Below are positions 1 to 8,224 of a stretch of 64,000 bases of DNA, in pieces. The stretch's first letter is position 1. Every line of letters begins with the position of its first letter. The position numbers and the translations under genes were made by a program. The notes beneath the pieces are model-generated. The model had not been told where the DNA came from. It did no database searches and was given only the letters and a program-made list of their open reading frames with translations. This DNA is from Desulfatiglandales bacterium (GTDB lineage: Bacteria; Desulfobacterota; DSM-4660; Desulfatiglandales; HGW-15). The stretch is taken from NCBI GenBank assembly GCA_963667015.2, contig CAXXJJ010000001.1, positions 2,080,001-2,144,000 of the forward strand, read 5' to 3'.

Positions 1-2
1 CA

Positions 3-2363
3 TATGATGAAAATGGCAATCAGTTGACCATGACGGATGCCAACAACCATATAACTCTATTTGAATATGACGACCTGAACCGCATGATAAAAACAACATA
101 TCATGATGGAACATTTACACAGGTCGCATATGATGCCCTTGGCCGGAAAATATCTGAGACTGACCAGAACCTGAAAACAACAGAGTACGGTTATGATGAT
201 ATGGGACGACTCATATCTGTTACAGATGCACTTGGGTCTGAAACAAGGTATGAGTACGATGAAGTTGGTAACAAAATATCGCAAACTGATCCAAACGGCA
301 ATATGAACATATGGGATTATGATAATTATGGTCGGATAATTGCCCACACCCTTCCTATGGGTATGTTTGAAACATTTACCTATGATGCAAACGGCAATAT
401 GCTGACAAAAACTGACTTTAACGGTGATACCACAATATATGAATACAGTGTATGCTGCGGCAGGTTGATCAGTGAGACATATGAGGATAGTTCACAGGTT
501 ATATACACTTACACCGGAACAGGTAAGAGGGAGTCAGTTACTGATAACAGGGGTACCACCTCATACTCCTATGACCTGAGGGACAGGCTCCTGACCGTAA
601 ATAACCCGGACGGGACATCACTTGTTTATACATATGATGATGTGGGTAACAGAACATCTGTTACAGTACCGTCAGGTACAACTCATTATACTTTCGATTC
701 ACTTAACAGGCTTGAAACTGTTACCGATCCGGACAGCGCGGTTACTTCATATGCTTACGATCTTGTTGGCAACAGGGAAAGTATTGCGTACCCCAACGGA
801 AACATAGCCGAGTATGGATATGATACACTCAACAGGCTTACTTATCTTGAAAACCGGAAATCAGATGGAGAGATAATATCCAGCTTTACATATACTCTTG
901 GTGCTTCAGGAAATCGCATCAGAGTAGTGGAAAACACAGGCCGAATAGTGGATTACACCTATGATGATGTTTATCGTCTTACAGAGGAGGCAATAACTGA
1001 TCTTGCCCTTGGAAGTGAGACAATTACATATACCTATGATTCTTTTGGCAACCGTTTGACCAAGACAGATTCCAACGGAACAGTAATATATACTTATGAT
1101 GATAATGACCGCTTGGTATCGGAAAGCGGACCGGGATATATTTACGACTACTCTTATGATGACAATGGAAATATTATTAGTAAATCAGATGGTATATCTA
1201 CAATATTATATAACTATGACTATAAAAATAGTCTGATATTTATGGACACTGATACTGTGGATACTACCTATGGTTATGATGTTGATGGTATAAGAATATC
1301 CTCCGACGCAGGTGGGGATGTTACTGTATACCTTGTTGATAAGAACAGGGATTATGCTCAGGTACTTGAAGAACGGGATAGTGTGGGAACCATTAATGTT
1401 GAATATATATATGGTAATGATCTTATTAGTCAGGAAAGAGGTGGGGAAGACTTCTGTTATTTATATGACGGTCAGATGTCTACAAGACAACTGACAAATG
1501 GTGCTGAGGATGTGGGAAATACATATGTCTATGATGCCTTTGGTATCCTGATTGATCAGGCTGGTGTAATAGCTAATAACTATATGTATACTGGTGAGCA
1601 GTATGATTCTAATGCTGGGTTCTATTATCTAAGGGCGAGATACTATAATGAAGATGTTGGGAGATTTGTAACAACTGATCCATGGCAAGGAAATATATTT
1701 GAACCGATAACGTTGCATAAGTATCTTTATGCTGGTGCTAATCCTGTGATGTATGCTGATCCGAGTGGTAGGTTTACTATATCGTCGGAAATGGTCGCGA
1801 GTTCGGTAATCGGAGGATTGATCAATGGGATGGTTACGGCTATAACAAACTTTGGAACCTTGAAGGAAGATCCTGCTCAATATGCGAAGAAAATAGGTAT
1901 TTCAATTGCGATTGGGGCTGTTTCTGTACCTATCGGTGGAAAACTTTCAAATTTCATCTTTAAATCAATTTTAAAGAGACCGCTTAAAAAAATTGTTCAA
2001 GGTATGATAATTGGAATGACTACAAATATGGCCTCTCAAACCATCACAGAGCTGCTTGATTTTGCTTTTAATAAGAAGAAATTAACTGGGCGTTATGTTT
2101 GCGGTTCGGTTGTAAGAACGATAGAAGCCTCATTTGCTGGAATGGCTATGGGAGGAATTCTTGCACATGTTAATGTCGTTAAACCAGTAGGGGTTAGTTA
2201 TGAAATCCCTTATAGTGGAGGCGAAACAACAATACCAACCACTATTGAAGGAGTTCGATATATATTCGATGTTGCTGGTTCATCTAAAGTTGGTGGTGGT
2301 AGCTTATTAGGAGGCATTATTGCAAGTAAATGGAGTCTTGAAAATGAAATATGCGGAAAGTAA
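3..2363 (+). CDS. Rhs/YD-repeat polymorphic toxin, C-terminal part (5' end outside window)
   Basis: Frame open from position 3 (YDENGNQLTMTD). Many YD repeats, Rhs core motif YTGEQYD..GFYYLRARYY...GRF.T.DP, and PVMYADPSG at 1743-1769, followed by a ~196-aa variable tip. Confidence 0.95.
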   Translation, partial: YDENGNQLTMTDANNHITLFEYDDLNRMIKTTYHDGTFTQVAYDALGRKISETDQNLKTTEYGYDDMGRLISVTDALGSETRYEYDEVGNKISQTDPNGNMNIWDYDNYGRIIAHTLPMGMFETFTYDANGNMLTKTDFNGDTTIYEYSVCCGRLISETYEDSSQVIYTYTGTGKRESVTDNRGTTSYSYDLRDRLLTVNNPDGTSLVYTYDDVGNRTSVTVPSGTTHYTFDSLNRLETVTDPDSAVTSYAYDLVGNRESIAYPNGNIAEYGYDTLNRLTYLENRKSDGEIISSFTYTLGASGNRIRVVENTGRIVDYTYDDVYRLTEEAITDLALGSETITYTYDSFGNRLTKTDSNGTVIYTYDDNDRLVSESGPGYIYDYSYDDNGNIISKSDGISTILYNYDYKNSLIFMDTDTVDTTYGYDVDGIRISSDAGGDVTVYLVDKNRDYAQVLEERDSVGTINVEYIYGNDLISQERGGEDFCYLYDGQMSTRQLTNGAEDVGNTYVYDAFGILIDQAGVIANNYMYTGEQYDSNAGFYYLRARYYNEDVGRFVTTDPWQGNIFEPITLHKYLYAGANPVMYADPSGRFTISSEMVASSVIGGLINGMVTAITNFGTLKEDPAQYAKKIGISIAIGAVSVPIGGKLSNFIFKSILKRPLKKIVQGMIIGMTTNMASQTITELLDFAFNKKKLTGRYVCGSVVRTIEASFAGMAMGGILAHVNVVKPVGVSYEIPYSGGETTIPTTIEGVRYIFDVAGSSKVGGGSLLGGIIASKWSLENEICGK

Positions 2364-2892
2364 TACTGATTTGCCTATTGTTTTAAAAAATAAAGTTAAG
2401 ACTAACGATATACTAGCTATACTGATATTATCAGGCATTTGTATATTAGGTCTTCTCTATGCGTGCATTATTATTTATAAATGCGTTATTCTAGATAGAT
2501 CAATTAGTGCAAAATTAGTATTTTGGCTTATGATTAGTATTAGTGTTGTAATCATTTTTCTATTTGAGCTATTTAAAATAATAGGTAACATTTTATTTGA
2601 AACTGTAATATTTGATAAGGATGGAATAGTTGTTTTTCAGAAAGGAAAACGCAAGAAATTATTAATAGAGTTAAATAAACAGTGGTATAAGATCTGTATC
2701 AATGAAAAGGAGTATAAAATATATCTAAAAAATAATGGAGAAAGACTTATAATTCGGTTTCCTAATTTGAACGAAAGTGAATTCTATAAGAAATACATTA
2801 ATGAGGTAATAAAAATTGAAAATGTACCGCTTGGTTCTATTGAGTTGCAGGATTACCCTATAGTTCTGGAAAATAGCCGGATCAGACCTTGA
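2344..2892 (+). CDS. Putative immunity protein for the Rhs toxin (two N-terminal TM helices plus soluble domain)
   Basis: ATG at 2344 overlaps the Rhs 3' end by 20 nt. Very AT-rich. Hydrophobic segments ILAILILSGICILGLLYACII and LVFWLMISISVVIIFLFELF. The immunity role is inferred from position. Confidence 0.65.
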   Translation: MKYAESNTDLPIVLKNKVKTNDILAILILSGICILGLLYACIIIYKCVILDRSISAKLVFWLMISISVVIIFLFELFKIIGNILFETVIFDKDGIVVFQKGKRKKLLIELNKQWYKICINEKEYKIYLKNNGERLIIRFPNLNESEFYKKYINEVIKIENVPLGSIELQDYPIVLENSRIRP

Positions 2893-2920
2893 AATTTGAC
2901 ATTGACGTTTTGGTTGGTAC

Positions 2921-2951
2921 AACCTCCCATATACATCAGGTATGGGAGGTT
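2921..2951 (+). promoter_or_regulatory. Hairpin occluding the RAYT ribosome-binding site (copy 1)
   Basis: AACCTCCCATA (2921-2931) / TATGGGAGGTT (2941-2951), a perfect 11-bp stem containing GGAGG just upstream of ATG 2957. Confidence 0.7.
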
Positions 2952-2956
2952 ATTTT

Positions 2957-3145
2957 ATGACAAGAGCCTTAACGGCAGAGTATAAAGGCGCATTTTATCA
3001 TATTACCTGCCGCGGAAACGATCGTAATCGAATATTTTTTAATAAAACAGATTACGCAAAATTCAAATCTTATCTTGAAGAAGGGCTTAAGAGGAAACCA
3101 TCTATCATCGGGCAGACACACAGGTCTGCCCCTACAATGTTGTAA
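2957..3145 (+). pseudogene. Truncated REP-associated tyrosine transposase (RAYT/Y1_Tnp), about the first 44 codons only
   Basis: MTRALTAEYKGAFYHITCRGNDRNRIFFNKTDYAKFKSYLEEG is a close paralogue of the N-terminus at 3276. Homology stops at ~3086 and the frame runs into a REP. Confidence 0.85.
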
Positions 3146-3150
3146 TGATT
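3101..3150 (-). repeat. GTAG-family REP-like palindrome, copy 1
   Basis: Minus strand reads GTAGGGGCAGACCTGTGTGTCTGCCC (stem GGGCAGAC/GTCTGCCC). The 50-bp block recurs at 4267-4316. Confidence 0.8.
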
Positions 3151-3236
3151 CAATGTTATTTTGAAAAACTTAGAGGTTTTTAAACCAACGTGAAACCAAC
3201 GGGGTCACCCTTGGCATTGACGTTTTAGGTTGATGC

Positions 3237-3270
3237 AACCTCCCATATCTAAATTCAGGTATGGGAGGTT
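3237..3270 (+). promoter_or_regulatory. Hairpin occluding the RAYT ribosome-binding site (copy 2)
   Basis: AACCTCCCATA (3237-3247) / TATGGGAGGTT (3260-3270). Same stem as copy 1 with a different loop. Confidence 0.7.
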
Positions 3271-3275
3271 CTTTT

Positions 3276-4243
3276 ATGGCAAGAGCGTTAAGGGCAGAGT
3301 ATGAAGGCGTATTTTATCATGTGACCAGCCGCGGAAACGATCGTAAACGAATATTTTTTAATAAAACAGACTACGCAAAGTTCAAATCCTACCTTGAAGA
3401 AGGGATTAATTAATTTGGATACAGGCTCCATGCCTATGTGTTGATGACCAACCATTACCACCTGCTTTTAGAAACACCAAATGCCAACCTAAGTAAAATA
3501 ATGCATTACTTAAACAGTTCTTATACTGCCTATATAAACAGAAAAAGAGACAGAAGCGGACATTTATTCCAGGGAAGATTCAAAGCAATTCTTATTCAAA
3601 AAGATGACTACCTGTCAGAGCTGAGCAGATATATCCATCTTAACCCGGTAAAGGCCGGAATGTTTGAAAAACCTCAGGATTATATTCATAGCAGCTATAA
3701 TTCTTATACCGAACCAAAAGGAGAAAAGGCAGTCTACAGGGAATTAGTACTGGATATGATGTCAAAGAAAAGGAAAATTGCCTTAGCAAAATACAGGACT
3801 TTTGTTGAGGGCATAAAAATAGATGAGCTTGAAAATCCTTTAAAGAATATTTATGGAGGTTTTATCCTCGGCTCTAAGTCATTTATTAGGCAGACACTTG
3901 ATCTTCTGGATGATATCAGGCTGGATAACAAAGAGACATCCCACAGGAAAATGCTTCGAAATATTATTGAACCTGAAGATATAATAAAAACTGTATCAGA
4001 ATATTTATCTGTTCCTATGAATGATCTTTTTAAGATGAAAGGTGAGATAAGAGGCATTTTAATATATATGTTAAAAACCAATACAGACATATCAAACATT
4101 GAGATTGGAAAGCTATTTGAAGGATTGAGCTATTCCGCAGCATCTCAAATTAAGAAGAGGTTTTCGGACGGCCCTTTGAAAAAAAATCTATAAAGAAAAA
4201 GATCGAGGAAATACAAAAGAACCTTGCCGCAGTTAAGGGCTGA
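3276..4243 (+). pseudogene. REP-associated tyrosine transposase (Y1 HUH) with C-terminal HTH, disrupted
   Basis: MARALRAEYEGVFYHVTSRGN..., HUH motif NHYHL, RSGHLFQGRF, YIHLNPVKAG. In-frame TAA at 3411-3413. Probable frameshift in the A-run near 4178-4186, where the alternative frame continues KSIKKKIEEIQKNLAAVKG to TGA 4241-4243. Confidence 0.88.
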
Positions 4244-4266
4244 ACCCGATTATTTTCGGCACCCTT

Positions 4267-4316
4267 TCTATCATCGGGCAGACACTCAGGTCTGCCCCTA
4301 CAATGTTGTTATGATT
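4267..4316 (-). repeat. GTAG-family REP-like palindrome, copy 2
   Basis: TCTATCATCGGGCAGACACTCAGGTCTGCCCCTACAATGTTGTTATGATT, differing by 2 nt from 3101-3150. Confidence 0.8.
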
Positions 4317-4319
4317 TAA

Positions 4320-5978
4320 CCCAAATTTTGCATTTAAAACACAACTACCCCTACCACCCTATTAAAACAGGTATATCTGAGGTTGAAACTGTATATAATT
4401 AGTAATAAATACTCTATCTGATATCACCCATAACTTATTTTGACATTAAACCAAACCATAATTTAATAAACTCTATTCAATAGCAATGCAGTTCAATCGG
4501 TGAGGAATCAAGCTGATCCGTTTAATCATAGAGGTTAACTTTGCCTTCATTCTTTTTTCCTGTACAGATAAACGCAATATCTTTTTCCGACCACCACTGC
4601 CTAATAATCCGGGAAGTATAAAATATTTATATCGCAGAGTTTTAAGTTGTTCTCGAGGACGATTAGGATTTATTATGGTGCTGTTCAGATAGACAATCAA
4701 ATTGTAAAAGACCAACCCTATTACTGTCAGCACAGCCTCTGTAGCCCAAAAGTTCTTAAGATTGAAGCTCTCAAAGCCATATACTTCCTTCAAGTCTTTA
4801 ATTACATTCTCATCATTGGCACGAGGACGATACTCTCTCCATATCTCTTCAGGCTTTGTATAAAGTTCGTTTGTTATCATTACACTGAAACGGTATTGGT
4901 TCCAGTCTTCAAGGTCATGGAAAAGACTCGGTTGTTTTCCTAAAGCCTTTGGGCGTTTTTTTATTGATTGCTTTACAACTACATATCTTCTGGGTTGCGT
5001 CCATTTAGGGTCAGCATGTTCAAAATAAAATTCACCTACTTCGATTCCATTAGATATCTTTTTCCAATTGCTTACTCCTAATATCTCTCGTTGTATTGCC
5101 TGTGATATAGGCACTGCAATAATATAAAGATGACCTTCTGTTTCTAAATACTCAATGAAATCTATCAGATAAAATCCACTGTCACATAAAGCCCGTTTTA
5201 TTCTGAACTCACTCCCGAGTGACAATCGGCTTTGATTATAAAAATCCGCTGCACCTTGACCCGAGCTTGTATCCCCTGATCTATTCCATATATTAACAAC
5301 ATAGCCCGAACCTAAAAATGCAATTATTGGATTGTGTGAAGGCCGTCCTCGTTTCTTTGGATTGTAGCCTATCTTTGCTCCTTCCTGATTCCCGTATCGA
5401 GTTAATACAGATGAATCAAGGTTTAAGGTGTCTTCTTCAATATTTTGCCACCTTATGAGGGTAACTGCCAATTCTCTGCATGATCTACCGATTTTTTCTG
5501 ATAAACTCCGAGTGTTAATCTTTCCCCAAAACCTTGTTAATGCACTTGATGATTTAGGAATCCACGCCACTCCAAAACTCTCTTTGATTGCTTCAACACC
5601 ATGGCCCCACCAGGATAAATGACTAAATCGTTCGCCTCCGCACAATACTGTTAAAAAGGTGGCCAGAACTTTTCCATATATTCCTTTTGCATTATTTGAC
5701 TTTTCAATAACAGGGATACCTTTTTCGGCCCACGATCTAAACTCAAGTATCTCAAGTAATTTTGCTACTATCGTCGACAACCCTCCCCAAGAGGTTAGTG
5801 CTTTTTTTGTGAAAAGGATTGGAACTTGATTTACTTGCAGGCCTTTGCTATTTTTTTCTGAAAAGTGTTTCACTTTTTTGTGCTCCTTTCTATGTTGGCG
5901 CCAACCTCATAAAAGGAGCACTTTTAGTTACTTACAACTCTTTGTCAACATTTCTTAGCTTTAAATGCATAATCCGGG
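4320..5978 (-). mobile_element. IS1380-family insertion sequence (1659 bp)
   Basis: Terminal IRs CCCAAATTTTGCATTTAAA (4320-4338) and TTTAAATGCATAATCCGGG (5960-5978), 16/19 match. TTAA direct repeat at 4316-4319 and 5979-5982. Single transposase ORF. Confidence 0.92.
4473..5873 (-). CDS. IS1380-family DDE transposase
   Basis: LTSWGGL, LNLDSSVLTRYGNQEGAKIGYNPKKRGRPSHNP, CDSGF, YRPRANDENVIKDLK motifs. GTG start with AAAGGAG SD. Confidence 0.92.
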   Translation of the reverse strand: MKHFSEKNSKGLQVNQVPILFTKKALTSWGGLSTIVAKLLEILEFRSWAEKGIPVIEKSNNAKGIYGKVLATFLTVLCGGERFSHLSWWGHGVEAIKESFGVAWIPKSSSALTRFWGKINTRSLSEKIGRSCRELAVTLIRWQNIEEDTLNLDSSVLTRYGNQEGAKIGYNPKKRGRPSHNPIIAFLGSGYVVNIWNRSGDTSSGQGAADFYNQSRLSLGSEFRIKRALCDSGFYLIDFIEYLETEGHLYIIAVPISQAIQREILGVSNWKKISNGIEVGEFYFEHADPKWTQPRRYVVVKQSIKKRPKALGKQPSLFHDLEDWNQYRFSVMITNELYTKPEEIWREYRPRANDENVIKDLKEVYGFESFNLKNFWATEAVLTVIGLVFYNLIVYLNSTIINPNRPREQLKTLRYKYFILPGLLGSGGRKKILRLSVQEKRMKAKLTSMIKRISLIPHRLNCIAIE

Positions 5979-6025
5979 TTAAATGTTATTTTTATAATTC
6001 AGAGGCTTCGATCAATCCTGCTCTA

Positions 6026-6427
6026 TTAAACCGATTCCGGTCGTATTGGTGCGGCGAGTGGATCATCCAGAGACATAGGCGGTGAGCCGAAAATGATGAA
6101 CTCCAGCTTCTCACCCGGTGTTGCAAGCATGCTATGGGGAATACCGGTTGGGATGACGACGACAGCGCCCGGTCGAAGTTCATGATCCGTATTGTCAAAA
6201 GTAATTGTTCCAGTTCCGCTTAGCACATAATATACCTCGTCGTATCCTGCATGCAGATGCGGTTTGCCCTCGGTAACCGTTATAACATGGACGTTCGCGA
6301 CTCCTCCTTCACCACCTGTGACAATACGGCAGGTTTCTCCGTAGGGGCAACTCATAGCGGATGTTTCGTCCCGGTAGCGGATTAATGCAGTTTTTTTATG
6401 TGAAGTTGATTGTGTCTCAGTTGGCAT
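6026..6427 (-). CDS. Cupin-domain protein
   Basis: PHLHAGYDEVYYVLSGTG and LRPGAVVVIPTGIPH cupin motifs. ATG at 6427 preceded by GGAG. Confidence 0.85.
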   Translation of the reverse strand: MPTETQSTSHKKTALIRYRDETSAMSCPYGETCRIVTGGEGGVANVHVITVTEGKPHLHAGYDEVYYVLSGTGTITFDNTDHELRPGAVVVIPTGIPHSMLATPGEKLEFIIFGSPPMSLDDPLAAPIRPESV

Positions 6428-6852
6428 AGTAATTACTCCATTGCTTTGCGGCTGCGGTATCAATTTTCATAGGACCGCGCCGTTGGAAAAATTGCCCGCC
6501 GGAACTGCTTGGTGAACGCTTTAGATTCAGACGGATGATATTATACTGTTTATGCTTACATTTATTTGGGAATTCTTTTTTGAAGAAAAAAGTATATTGG
6601 GGCTGGCGCTGTAAGTCAATATAAACCTGGGCCGCAATATTGTAGTTGTAATTAATGTAGAAATTAAAACAGAATAAAAAGGAAGAGAGGGTTCGAAGGA
6701 ATTTATCATATAAATCTCTCAAAAATGTTTTAGTCCGAAAAATAAAGAAAAGTGGAATATATTAAGTTTACCTGGTGTTGAAATTTTATGGTCCATGAGA
6801 TGATTTAGGAGTATTTTTGAGAAACAATGGCCATCAAAAATAATTAATTCAA

Positions 6853-6881
6853 TTGACATAATATATTGATATTGTTAGCTT
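6853..6881 (+). promoter_or_regulatory. Putative sigma70 promoter of thiC
   Basis: TTGACA (6853-6858), 17-bp spacer, TAGCTT (6876-6881) preceded by TG. Confidence 0.5.
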
Positions 6882-6940
6882 CCAGTTTTTATCAAGACAG
6901 ACGGAATCATAAAAAATAAATAAAATAAAAAGGTTTTCAC

Positions 6941-8224
6941 ATGACACAATTATCGGATGCAAGGGCAGGAAACATTACGCCCGAAATGAAAATAGTTGCA
7001 GAAAAAGAAAATATAGATGTTCTTCTTTTAAGAGACAGGATTGCACAGGGACGTATTGTTATACCCGCAAATATAAATCATAAAAATCTAAGCCCGTGCG
7101 GGATTGGAGAAGGGCTGTCAATTAAGGTAAATGCCAATATCGGAACGTCATCCGATCATGCTGTAATTGAGGAAGAACTCGAAAAGATGAGGGTTGCCAT
7201 TGATGCAGGTGCAGATGCGGTTATGGACCTGTCTACCGGCGGGGATATCAATGACTGCAGAAAAAAGATAATTGATGCTTCTACTGTTCCTATTGGTACC
7301 GTCCCGATATATCAGGCCGTTGTAGAGGCCATTAACAACCAGGGTGGGGTAATACACCTAACCGTTGACAAGATATTTGAGGTAATTGAAAGCCAGGTTG
7401 CCGAGGGTGTGGATTTTATCACTGTGCACTGCGGTTTAACCAGGGCAGCGCTTGAAATGCTGAAAAAGCAGGGAAGGATCACTGATATCGTAAGCAGAGG
7501 AGGAGCACTGCTTACAACATGGATGCTTCATCATGACAGGGAAAATCCCCTCTATGAAAACTATGACAGGCTTTTAGAGATAGCAAAAAAATATGATGTT
7601 ACACTGAGTCTCGGTGACGGATTACGACCCGGATGCCTTGCAGATGCAACGGACAGGGCACAGATTCACGAATTAATGACACTCGGTCAGCTTACAGATG
7701 AGGCATGGGCCAGGGATATCCAGGTAATGATTGAAGGTCCCGGGCATGTTCCATTAAATCAGATCAGGGCCAATATACTGCTGGAAAAACAGTTATGCAA
7801 AGGCGCCCCCTTTTATGTATTGGGACCTCTGGTTACCGATATTGCCGCAGGTTATGACCATGTTGCATGCGCCATTGGCGGCGCGGTTGCAGGTGAAGCG
7901 GGTGCGGATTTTCTGTGCTATGTAACACCTTCGGAACATCTATCGTTACCTAATATAAATGATGTGCGTGAGGGTGTAATTGTTACCAAAATTGCAGCCC
8001 ATGCCGCAGATATTGCTCGGGGTAATAAACTGGCCATAGAACGCGACAGGAAGATGGCCGTGGCAAGAAAAGAACTTGACTGGGAAACAATGATGCAGTG
8101 TGCCCTGGATCCTGAAACAGCGAGAAGAAGAAGGGGCGAAAGTCCTCCTGGCGAAAGTGATGTGTGTACAATGTGCGGCAAGTTTTGTGCTATAAAGCAG
8201 GTGAGGGAGTATTTTAACAGCTAA
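6941..8224 (+). CDS. thiC: Phosphomethylpyrimidine synthase (ThiC/Bza family radical SAM enzyme)
   Basis: KVNANIGTS, DLSTGG, SRGG, LGDGLRPG, EGPGH, YVTPSEHL and C-terminal CTMCGKFC. Confidence 0.9.
   Translation: MTQLSDARAGNITPEMKIVAEKENIDVLLLRDRIAQGRIVIPANINHKNLSPCGIGEGLSIKVNANIGTSSDHAVIEEELEKMRVAIDAGADAVMDLSTGGDINDCRKKIIDASTVPIGTVPIYQAVVEAINNQGGVIHLTVDKIFEVIESQVAEGVDFITVHCGLTRAALEMLKKQGRITDIVSRGGALLTTWMLHHDRENPLYENYDRLLEIAKKYDVTLSLGDGLRPGCLADATDRAQIHELMTLGQLTDEAWARDIQVMIEGPGHVPLNQIRANILLEKQLCKGAPFYVLGPLVTDIAAGYDHVACAIGGAVAGEAGADFLCYVTPSEHLSLPNINDVREGVIVTKIAAHAADIARGNKLAIERDRKMAVARKELDWETMMQCALDPETARRRRGESPPGESDVCTMCGKFCAIKQVREYFNS

Noticed and set aside
3101..4316. Repeated palindromic 50-mers as a possible CRISPR array
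   Set aside because: Only two copies 1.1 kb apart, no spacers and no cas genes; they fit GTAG REPs beside a RAYT.
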